Positions 8,947-17,006 of a stretch of DNA of 64,000 nt are shown here, piece after piece. The stretch covers positions 23,582-87,581 of the forward strand of contig CAVYSE010000016.1 of NCBI GenBank assembly GCA_963771075.1, given 5' to 3'. The position numbers and the translations under genes were made by a program. Source of the stretch: a candidate division FCPU426 bacterium (GTDB lineage Bacteria; Oederibacteriota; Muellerivitia; Muellerivitales; Muellerivitaceae). Positions within the stretch are counted from its first letter, which is position 1. The number at the start of each line of letters is the position of its first letter. The notes under the pieces are model-generated. The model saw only the letters and a program-made list of their open reading frames with translations. It did no database searches and had not been told where the DNA came from.

Positions 8947-10386
8947 TCACTCCCCCCCTTTTCCACAGGCCTGGAGAGGCTTACGCACCTCGAGAAAGAC
9001 GTTCACGCCCGTGGCTTCCGTCATGCTGGCGCAGGATTCCGCGGGCGCCGCGTCGGGCTTCAGGGTGGCCATTTGGCCCCCATTCCGGTAGATCAAATGC
9101 CACTCCATGAAACTTTCCATGACGTTTTGGACGGGGTTGGAGGGCGTGACATTGGTCGCCAGCAAAAGGCCGCCGGGTTCCAACCTGTCGTAAAAATAAT
9201 TCATCATCCGTTTACAAATCCGGTCCTCCAGGTAATCAAACAATCCCGCGCAGTAGATCAGGTGGTAGGTTTTTCCCGGGAGTCCGGGAGGTGGGCTGAA
9301 GGATTCCTTGAGGATATGGTTCACCGATTTCTTGATGAGGCGGATCGACGTTTCCCTTTTGTGCAGGGTTTTCAGGTCATCCAACTTTCGGCTCGTGTGC
9401 TCCAGTGTCTCGTCGTTGAAATCCATCAGGTCGAATTCCGCGTGGTCGCTCAGGGGGGAGAGAGCGATGAATTCCTGGATCTCCTTCGCCGGCCCGCAAC
9501 CCATATCCAGGATTCGGATCTTCCTTTTTTCACGGACCGACCTTTCGGTTTCTTCTGTCAGGGTCTTTTTTAAGTGCTTGATGCGGTTTCGGTGGGCCTC
9601 GCAGGGCGGGGCGCTCAGGAAGAAGGTATTTAAAATTTTCGCGAAGAGGGACGATCCCTCAAAGGGTTCCCGCAGCATCATGTTCACCATCTCATAATCC
9701 CCGGCGTATCCCAGGGGTTTCTGGAAACTCCGGTAGACGAAGGGGGAGCAAAGGACCAGGGGATGGATCTGACGGCGGCTGTAGGAGCGGTGGATCAGGT
9801 GGAGATCCGCCGGGATTGCGGAGAGGGTCTGCTCGAACCGCTCGAACAGGGACCCCACCGCGGGCACGACCGAATCTTTTAATTCCAGGATCGCGTCTTT
9901 TTCGATGAGGGATCGGTCGGCGGATGGCTCCGACTGGATGCCTATTTCCACTTGTTCCAGCCAGCGCCGCATGTCCATTAGATAAGTCTGCATATCCGCG
10001 ATCACGACCTTCAAGTGATCGGAAACGTGGTGGATCTTTTCCCATTCCTTGAGGAAGGCGGAGAACTCATCCTTTAGCCTGTCCTTTTGGTGGATAGAGG
10101 AAAAGAGGTCGATATCCAGCCAGCTGTCCTCCAAAGTGCATTCGGAAATCAGAAGGATCCCGGTATTGACGAGGTTACTGACCACCGCCCGGCCCGAGTA
10201 AACCATCCGGTCATTCATGATGATCCTGAAGTCGGTCAGGACCTCGGATAATTGGACAATGCTGTAAGGGTTATAGACTTCAAAAACCACCGTATAGCGG
10301 GTGAGCCGAAGCAAGGTGGCGTGGAATTCCGTACCCTGGCTATTGCGGCAAACAAGGATGGTGTCTTTACTCGTGATAATAGCCAT
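8947..10386 (-). CDS. phcB: PhcB-like class I SAM-dependent methyltransferase (3-hydroxy fatty acid methyl ester signal synthase family)
   Basis: N-terminal RNSQG..EVYNPYSIVQLSEVL..GRAVVSNLVNTG segment, KPLGYAGDYEMVN, ILDMGCGPAKE SAM motif and YCAGLFDYL match my recollection of PhcB; 479 aa; followed by a sensor kinase and a REC-kinase as in phcBSR. Confidence 0.8.
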   Translation of the reverse strand: MAIITSKDTILVCRNSQGTEFHATLLRLTRYTVVFEVYNPYSIVQLSEVLTDFRIIMNDRMVYSGRAVVSNLVNTGILLISECTLEDSWLDIDLFSSIHQKDRLKDEFSAFLKEWEKIHHVSDHLKVVIADMQTYLMDMRRWLEQVEIGIQSEPSADRSLIEKDAILELKDSVVPAVGSLFERFEQTLSAIPADLHLIHRSYSRRQIHPLVLCSPFVYRSFQKPLGYAGDYEMVNMMLREPFEGSSLFAKILNTFFLSAPPCEAHRNRIKHLKKTLTEETERSVREKRKIRILDMGCGPAKEIQEFIALSPLSDHAEFDLMDFNDETLEHTSRKLDDLKTLHKRETSIRLIKKSVNHILKESFSPPPGLPGKTYHLIYCAGLFDYLEDRICKRMMNYFYDRLEPGGLLLATNVTPSNPVQNVMESFMEWHLIYRNGGQMATLKPDAAPAESCASMTEATGVNVFLEVRKPLQACGKGGE

Positions 10387-10458
10387 TGGCCACTTTCTTA
10401 TGAAAATTCCGCTTCATGCGTTCGGGTCATAAACTCCCAAGCTTAACGTCTTATTCCC

Positions 10459-11190
10459 CTAAAGGTTCAAGAGCGCTTCCTCACCCCAATCACAAAGAGG
10501 GTATTGGAGGTGATCGTGATCAGGGTTGTAGGCCACGAGGGCCATGCAGTATCCCTCCGGGTCCGGGTCCGGTACAAAAAACTCCCAAGGACCCAGGCGG
10601 GAGCGGCTTTGGATGGGCAGGGGGACCGTCAAACGGCGAAAGACGGAACCCAATCCGATCCCAAGCGCCTTCCCATAGGCCTCCTTCATCGTGAAGATCC
10701 TGAAAAAAAACAAGGGCTGGGACCCTGAAGGTTGGGTAAACAAGTATTCCTTTTCTTCAGGTGTAAAAAAACGCTCCGCGAGACGCCTCCAACCCGGCCG
10801 GGCCTGGGGATCGGCTTTTTCCACGTCGATACCGACCGGGGTCCAACCGACGGAACAGACCATCCTTCCTGCGGTGTGGGCGAGGTTGAATTGAAGGTTT
10901 GAGCCCGCCAGGGTTGGTTTACCCCTTGGGTTTCGGATAAACCTCAAGGAGGATTCCTCCTGGTGAAGATAACCCGCTAGGATCCGGCGAAGAAACAATC
11001 GGGACAATAGAAATTCCCTTCTCCGCTCATCCGGCCGGATAAGGGAATACTCAACCTGCTCCTCCCTGGGAAGGAGGCCCAATCCGCGCGATTTGGAACA
11101 CCCGGAATCATCCTCCCAGTCGAGGACATGAATGTGGATTTCGCCGACTCGAATCGCCTGGATCGTTTCCTCGCCGTGATTAACCAACAT
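10459..11190 (-). CDS. 4'-phosphopantetheinyl transferase, Sfp type
   Basis: GKP, FNLAHT, VGIDVE and FTMKEAYGKALGIGL motifs. Confidence 0.9.
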   Translation of the reverse strand: MLVNHGEETIQAIRVGEIHIHVLDWEDDSGCSKSRGLGLLPREEQVEYSLIRPDERRREFLLSRLFLRRILAGYLHQEESSLRFIRNPRGKPTLAGSNLQFNLAHTAGRMVCSVGWTPVGIDVEKADPQARPGWRRLAERFFTPEEKEYLFTQPSGSQPLFFFRIFTMKEAYGKALGIGLGSVFRRLTVPLPIQSRSRLGPWEFFVPDPDPEGYCMALVAYNPDHDHLQYPLCDWGEEALLNL

Positions 11191-11261
11191 CTAGCGTCCC
11201 TCCCGTTGCCCGCGACGGCTCACTCCCGAAGGACGGATTTTGGGGACCGACCCTTTCTTTC

Positions 11262-11981
11262 TCATCCGGCACCGCCGTCCAAAACGATCACGCCACCGTT
11301 CAAATAGTCCGGAGCCTCCCCCGCAAGGAAAAGAACAACCCGGGCGACCTCCTCGGGTCGGCAAAACCGGCGCAAGGGCACGGTTTGGAGAAGGACCTCC
11401 CTGGCCTGGGGCGTCATTTTTTCGATCATGGGCGTCTCGACCCCGCCGGGGGCCACCACATTGGCGGTCACGCCGTAGGGCCCCGATTCCTTGGCGAGGG
11501 CTTTGGTGAACCCGATCAGGCCAGCCTTGGAGGCGGAATAATTAGTCTGGCCGGGAAGGCCGTGCAGGCCGGAAACGGAGGAAAGGTTGATGATCCGCCC
11601 CTTTTTCTTTTTCATCATGTCCGTGGCGAACCGCCGCGTCAGGTGGAAGACTCCCTTGAGGTTGGTGTCCAAAACCCGCGACCAATCCTCGTCCGTCATG
11701 GCGAATAGGGGTTTGTCCCGGGTGATGCCCGCGTTGTTCACCAGCACGTCGATGTTCTTTTCTTCCCCCAGGACCTCTTTATAAAACCCGTCGCAGGCCT
11801 CCCGGTCCGCCACATCCAGCCGGTGGGCCTTTGCCTGTCCCGCGAAGCGGGTTTCCAGTTCCCGGGCCGCGGCCTCATTCGAAAGGAAGGTGAAATGCAC
11901 CCTCCAACCGGCGGAAGCGAAGGTTTCCACCATGCTTTTCCCGATCCCCGAGGACCCGCCCGACAGGACGATCTTCCTCAT
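11262..11981 (-). CDS. fabG: 3-oxoacyl-ACP reductase (FabG-like SDR)
   Basis: GGSSGIG, NNAGITRD, YSASKAG, DGG; true start MRKIVL overlaps the fabZ stop (ATGA). Confidence 0.9.
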   Translation of the reverse strand: MRKIVLSGGSSGIGKSMVETFASAGWRVHFTFLSNEAAARELETRFAGQAKAHRLDVADREACDGFYKEVLGEEKNIDVLVNNAGITRDKPLFAMTDEDWSRVLDTNLKGVFHLTRRFATDMMKKKKGRIINLSSVSGLHGLPGQTNYSASKAGLIGFTKALAKESGPYGVTANVVAPGGVETPMIEKMTPQAREVLLQTVPLRRFCRPEEVARVVLFLAGEAPDYLNGGVIVLDGGAG

Positions 11982-12445
11982 GATGTGGGAATTCTTAATT
12001 TGCCGAACAAAAGTTTCCCGGTCGCCGCCACTTCCCCGGCCACGTAGCACTTGCCCTCGACGATGCGGTTGGTGTCGGCTGTCTTGGTGATCCTCACGTG
12101 GGTTTCCAGCCGGTCGCCCGGGGTGATGGGCCTCATGAAATGGAAATCCAAAACCGCACCCATGACGTCGAATAAGCCCCCATGCCCTATTCCCTCGGCC
12201 TGTTCCGTCAGCCGGACCAGGATAGCGGCCGACTGGGCGAAGCATTCGATGGTCAGGACCCCTGGGAAGATGGGGGCTTCCGGAAAGTGGCCCTGGAAAT
12301 GGATTTCGTTGGCCGTGATGTTCTTGATCGCCTTCAGGGTTCCCCCCTTTTCCCACGACAGGACCCGGTCGACCATCAGCATCGGAAAGCGCTGTTTCAG
12401 AAAATCCAGCACCGGCAGGTCCGGGTTTAAGGCCTTATCCGGCAT
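11978..12445 (-). CDS. fabZ: 3-hydroxyacyl-ACP dehydratase (FabZ-like)
   Basis: RFPMLMVDRV and FQGHFPEAPIFPGVLTIE..AQ motifs. Confidence 0.9.
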   Translation of the reverse strand: MPDKALNPDLPVLDFLKQRFPMLMVDRVLSWEKGGTLKAIKNITANEIHFQGHFPEAPIFPGVLTIECFAQSAAILVRLTEQAEGIGHGGLFDVMGAVLDFHFMRPITPGDRLETHVRITKTADTNRIVEGKCYVAGEVAATGKLLFGKLRIPTS

Positions 12446-12683
12446 GGAGGAGCCCTTCGATCACCTTGGAGGCCTTCTCCACCGTGATCATGTTCACCAA
12501 CAGGTCCGGCTCGATCATGACGTTGAATTCGGTTTCCAACTTGGCCAAAAATTCCAGGGCCCTCATCGAGTCGTATTTGGCCATCTCGGGAAACGGCTTG
12601 TCATCCGTCACCGATACCTCCGGGACATCGAACATTCCGGAGATGATTCCCTTGATCTTTCCCTTGATTTCCGTCGTTTCCAT
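12435..12683 (-). CDS. Acyl carrier protein
   Basis: 82 aa acidic protein with DSM (Ppant Ser) and LETEFNV.I; lies within the fab cluster. Confidence 0.88.
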   Translation of the reverse strand: METTEIKGKIKGIISGMFDVPEVSVTDDKPFPEMAKYDSMRALEFLAKLETEFNVMIEPDLLVNMITVEKASKVIEGLLHAG

Positions 12684-13577
12684 TTAACCCTTTCCTTTCC
12701 CGGCGCTTAATTTCACCAGCGTCACCCTGCGCTCCTCGGCCGCCATCGAAGCGACAACACCGGAAGGCCTGCCTGAGGATAAAAAATCCTCCAATGCCTT
12801 CCTCCCTCCCATGCCCTGCTCCCGGGCGGGATCGCCGGCGGCCCCACGTGAAATTCCATCCGGAAGGAATGGACCCAGGGGGGAGCCTTCGGGAAGGGCC
12901 GCCCACTCCACCCCTCCCCAAAAATCGTCCAACCGGCTCCGGAAAGGAAGGGGAATGGTTCCATCCCGCTTCCATTGGATGGAAAGGAAGTCTTCCACGC
13001 CAAAAGAGGTGCCGCTTGATTCCTCCCCCGTCCCCAGAAATAGGATGGCGCCATCCCCGACCGGGGCGGAAGCCCGCAGGAAATTGGGTATTTTTTCCGC
13101 CGCTCCCACCAGGCACCGTTGAAAAAGCCCACTGTTCAAGCCCTCCCATGCGAAACCCAGGGCGTCCAGGAGCGAGGTCCCGCCGTTGGTCAGGGTGACA
13201 TTCGGCCCCTTGAGCTGGAGCCAAATGCCGATACGGCTTCCCGCCGCGTTGGCAACGGTATTGGGAAAATCCATGGGATTGACGGTGTTGGGGCCTTTGA
13301 GGAGGGCCTGCTGATCGAACGCCACGGAGCTTTCCAAGGCCCCGAAGCCGGTACCCAGAACCACCGCACAATGGCGGCGGGCATCCGCTTCAAGGGGTTG
13401 GCTTGCGCTGTCCAGCGCTTTCTTTGCCGCCATACCCGCCATCAGGGAGAGGGGGTCGATGTATTTGGGGGAAAGCTCGGGGAATAATTCCTGGAAGAGA
13501 ATCGGGAGGGATTCCTCCCCCGTCCCATTCACTCCCAAAAGGATTTCCCCCTTGCCCAAGATGAACAATGGTCGCAA
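12684..13577 (-). CDS. Beta-ketoacyl synthase N-terminal-like protein lacking the catalytic Cys (chain-length-factor-like)
   Basis: KGP..VNPMDFPNTVANAAGS..I..LKGPN motif; TNGGTS where an active KS has Cys; no His-His; follows the KS. Confidence 0.75.
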   Translation of the reverse strand: MRPLFILGKGEILLGVNGTGEESLPILFQELFPELSPKYIDPLSLMAGMAAKKALDSASQPLEADARRHCAVVLGTGFGALESSVAFDQQALLKGPNTVNPMDFPNTVANAAGSRIGIWLQLKGPNVTLTNGGTSLLDALGFAWEGLNSGLFQRCLVGAAEKIPNFLRASAPVGDGAILFLGTGEESSGTSFGVEDFLSIQWKRDGTIPLPFRSRLDDFWGGVEWAALPEGSPLGPFLPDGISRGAAGDPAREQGMGGRKALEDFLSSGRPSGVVASMAAEERRVTLVKLSAGKGKG

Positions 13578-13586
13578 CGAAGCCCC

Positions 13587-14798
13587 CTATTTCTTCAGGA
13601 CTAGGCAGGAGGTGTTCCCGCCGAAGGCAAAGGAGTTCGAAACAGCGACCTTGCCCGTGAAGGGTCTGGATCGGTTTGGCACGCAGTCCTCGACGCAGTC
13701 CGCGTCGGGGTTCTCCCAATTGATGGTGGGAAGCAGCGTGCCCCGTTCCAGGCTCAGGCAGGTCATGACCGCCTCAATGGCGCTGGCGGCCCCCATGGTA
13801 TGGCCGATCATGGATTTGATGGAAGAAACGGGAATGGCGCGATCAGCGCCGAATATTTTTTTGATGGCGATGGATTCGGTCTTGTCATTGGCGGGGGTAC
13901 CCGTTCCGTGGGCCGAGATGTAGTCTACTTCACGGGGTGTGAGTCGGGCATCGTTCAACGCCTTTTGCAAGCTGTCAAAGGCGCCCTCCCCCTCGGGATG
14001 GGGGGCGGTCATGTGGTGGGCATCCATTCCCAAGCCGTAACCTGCGACCTCGCAATAGATATGGGCTCCCCGGGTCAAGGCCCTCCCCTTTTCTTCCAGG
14101 AGGAGGACTCCAACACCCTCGCTCACCACCAACCCTTTCCGGTTCTTCGAAAAGGGCCGGCACTTGTCCGGGGTCAGGGAAAGTAGCCGGTTGAACCCGG
14201 TGAAGGCGATCCGGGAAAAGGGATCCACCCCCCCGCACAGGGCCAGGTCCACCTGCCCCTGTCTGATTTGCTCCAGCCCCCAGCCAATGGCGTAATTGCC
14301 CGAGGCGCAGGCGTTGGAAAAGACCATCGACTTCCCGCCCAACCCCAAAAAATCCAGCACCGAGAAAGCAATATGGGATGCTTGCATTTTATGGAAACTT
14401 TCCGGATTCATTTCCCCCGACCGGCCATTGGCCCTGAGCTCGGATAATTTCTCAACGAGCTGGACCTCGCCCATCGTGGTTCCAAAAAAACTTCCCACCC
14501 GGGCTGTTTCCATTTGAATGGCGGGACCTCCCCCGTCCTGTAACGCCTCTTGCGCGGCAAGGATGGCCAATACGGAAGATCGCTCATACCTTCCTTGATT
14601 TTCCTGTTCAAAGGTTTTCAAGCGCCGGAGGTCCTTGATCTCACCCCCGATCTTGACCCGGTAAGGCGTCGGATCAAAGACTCGAACGGGGCCGATCCCC
14701 GATTGGCCTTCCACCATGGCTTTCCAAACGGCGGGGACCCCGTCCCCAAGGGGGCAAATGACCCCTAAACCAGTTACCACCGCTTCTCTGTGATTCAA
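13587..14798 (-). CDS. Beta-ketoacyl-ACP synthase (FabF-like / type II KS)
   Basis: VVTGLG, NACASG (Cys), SAHGTGT (His), KSMIGH (His), SNSFAFGG; probable TTG start after a GGGAGG RBS. Confidence 0.92.
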   Translation of the reverse strand: MNHREAVVTGLGVICPLGDGVPAVWKAMVEGQSGIGPVRVFDPTPYRVKIGGEIKDLRRLKTFEQENQGRYERSSVLAILAAQEALQDGGGPAIQMETARVGSFFGTTMGEVQLVEKLSELRANGRSGEMNPESFHKMQASHIAFSVLDFLGLGGKSMVFSNACASGNYAIGWGLEQIRQGQVDLALCGGVDPFSRIAFTGFNRLLSLTPDKCRPFSKNRKGLVVSEGVGVLLLEEKGRALTRGAHIYCEVAGYGLGMDAHHMTAPHPEGEGAFDSLQKALNDARLTPREVDYISAHGTGTPANDKTESIAIKKIFGADRAIPVSSIKSMIGHTMGAASAIEAVMTCLSLERGTLLPTINWENPDADCVEDCVPNRSRPFTGKVAVSNSFAFGGNTSCLVLKK

Positions 14799-15145
14799 AA
14801 TAAATCCCTCCCGTCTACTTCCCGCTGCAACGGTAACAATTGACTTGATCAGGATTATCGATAAATACCGAGGGGTTATTCTTTTAACTTCATAAGAACG
14901 ATTCATGAACGCCAATTTTGTTGCGCTTCTTTGATTATATGCGCGAATGCTCCGACCGGATAAATCAAGCGTGTAAAACGATATTTATAAAGCATTGATT
15001 AGAAAAAACTGTTGTATTTTTGTCCGATTTTGGCGGGTGGAAGCCTACAGGAAATAAAAAGGAAAACTTAAACCCTTCGGGGAGAAATCTGGAAAACCCG
15101 GAGGATCAAGGACCCATTCCCCGTTGAAAAGCCGCACGATAAATG

Positions 15146-15768
15146 TTAAATGGATTTGGATTTAGCGGGGCGCTTCGTCTGCCCGGAAAGTTGGATGTAT
15201 CGTTGGAGTGTTCTCGGGCTTATTTCCAAGAGGGAGGCTAACGCCTCCCGTGGAAGATCGGTTTTATTGAGAATCAATACCAAAAACTGTTTAAAAAACA
15301 ACCTTCGGGCCTGGGCCAAGCTGGTCTTTTGGTCGATACACCGTTTGACCTGCAAATTAACGAGCGAGGACAGTGGAGCGGGTCTTTTTTCCCAACGCGG
15401 TTCAAGGGATAAGAAAGCCTCCAGTTTGGACGCGAGGAGTTTCTCCTCCATCTGGCAGGAGAGGATATCGGCGAAACCCGATTTGATGGCCGAAACAACA
15501 AGTGATAATTGGGGGGGTAAACCAACGCGACCTTGACGCTCTGGGGCTGTAAATGGAATATCGTCTGGATGTCCCCCATCCCATCGTCGGATGGAAATTC
15601 CCATTGCAAAAGGAGCAGATCAAAGTTTTGGATGTTGGCCGCTTCCAACGCTTCGTCGGAACTTTGAACCAATTGGATTTCGCCCAAGGGACGACAAGCC
15701 GCTTCAAGTTTTATTTGAACCGTGTGATCGGTATGGAAAATGAGCATCTTTTTATTGGAATAGACCAC
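15146..15768 (-). pseudogene. Atypical REC + C-terminal HTH regulator, split by a frameshift at a G7 run (15511-15517)
   Basis: The first frame gives a REC-like N-terminus (FDLLLLQW); the second gives VSAIKSGFADIL (REC end) and LASLLEISPRTLQR (Fis-like HTH); one extra C joins them. Confidence 0.6.
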
Positions 15769-15859
15769 TGGAATGCCTCCCATCACCCAATTCAAAGCTA
15801 CCAGAAAACCGGGTGGAAAGGTATCGTTACGGCCCTGACCCGGGCAGAATTAACATCTT

Positions 15860-16999
15860 TTAAACGGCGCCGGACAAAAAGAGGGCAGAAAAGGAGGTTC
15901 CATGACCCCTTTTGCTGGATACCTTTAAGAGGCCGCCGTAATTGACCATGATCCGGTGGCAAATGGCCAAACCCAATCCCGTGCCACCCATGCGGGTGGT
16001 GAAAAAGGGATCGAATATCTTTTGGATCTCCCTGGGGTCGATCCCCTTCCCGTCGTCTTTCACCGTCAGGCAGATGCCGGGATTTCCCCTTTTTCCCTTC
16101 GGGGCAGCCCGCTTGGCGGAGACCTGAATCGTACCTTTTTCGCCCACGGCTGAAATTGCGTTCTTGAGCAAATTCACTACCAAACTCTCGAATTGGACGG
16201 GGTCCACCTTTAGTTTCAAGCCGGGGTCGACCCTTAACTTGATCTGGATTTTTTTTCGACCCAAGCTGGGCCTGATCAATTGGTGGATCTGGCCAAGAGT
16301 TTCCTCCAGACAAACCACGTCGGGTGCCGGACTACCGCCCCTGGCGAACCTCAGACTTTGGTCCGTCAACAACTCAAGCCGGTCCAGTTCCTTGAGCATC
16401 AGGGATTGGAACGAATCCATGAATGACGAGTCGTTCTTTTTGATCGGCAACAGTTGCACTAGGGTGCTCAAGGCCGTTAGGGGATTTCGAATCTCGTGGA
16501 ACACCCCCGCGGAAAGAAAGCCAAGGGAAGATTGGCGGTCGGTCCTTTCGAGCATTTTCCAAAGTCGGCGATTCTCAAGCAGGTTGCCCAGAACCCAACC
16601 CAGGAATGGCAGGAAAGCCTCCGCCGGAATGGAACTCGAGGACCCGGGATTAACCTCCCCTCCCGCGGCGATACAACCGACCCACTCCTTTCCCCGAAAG
16701 ACCGGATAGAGGCTGGACCCCGGGCCCAATCCGGGGTGAATTCCCCGGTTCAGCTTGAGGGTATTCCTCATTCGCCGGTAACTAGCGTGGGTAGGCTTGA
16801 TCCGCACCTCATTTCCCAGCCAATTCCCCGTTAAGCCCTCGTCTGTTTTTTGGAGGTAGCCGAACGGAGGAAGATGAAACCGCTCCTCGAGGTAATGGCT
16901 CAAGGGAGTAAGATCCAGTTGGTTTTCGCCCTCCCCGTTCGGTGAAAATTCCAGGGGTGACGGAATTTCGGTGCCTCGGCGGCTCTTGACCTTTCCCAT
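15860..16999 (-). CDS. Cytoplasmic sensor histidine kinase (NtrB-like)
   Basis: HEIRNPL, NLLKNA, DDGKG, FDPFFTT, GTGLGL; degenerate GAF-like N-terminus. Confidence 0.88.
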   Translation of the reverse strand: MGKVKSRRGTEIPSPLEFSPNGEGENQLDLTPLSHYLEERFHLPPFGYLQKTDEGLTGNWLGNEVRIKPTHASYRRMRNTLKLNRGIHPGLGPGSSLYPVFRGKEWVGCIAAGGEVNPGSSSSIPAEAFLPFLGWVLGNLLENRRLWKMLERTDRQSSLGFLSAGVFHEIRNPLTALSTLVQLLPIKKNDSSFMDSFQSLMLKELDRLELLTDQSLRFARGGSPAPDVVCLEETLGQIHQLIRPSLGRKKIQIKLRVDPGLKLKVDPVQFESLVVNLLKNAISAVGEKGTIQVSAKRAAPKGKRGNPGICLTVKDDGKGIDPREIQKIFDPFFTTRMGGTGLGLAICHRIMVNYGGLLKVSSKRGHGTSFSALFLSGAV

Positions 17000-17006
17000 G
17001 GAAACG

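Noticed and set aside
11982..12356. N-terminal extension of the 364-aa FabG ORF
   Set aside because: Overlaps fabZ in another frame; the real start is the ATGA-coupled Met at 11981
11262..14798. Housekeeping fatty-acid synthesis operon or a canonical aryl polyene cluster
   Set aside because: Lacks fabD/fabH/plsX context and includes a CLF-like gene and an Sfp PPTase; also lacks the acyl-ligase, glycosyltransferase, LolA-like and MMPL genes typical of APE clusters
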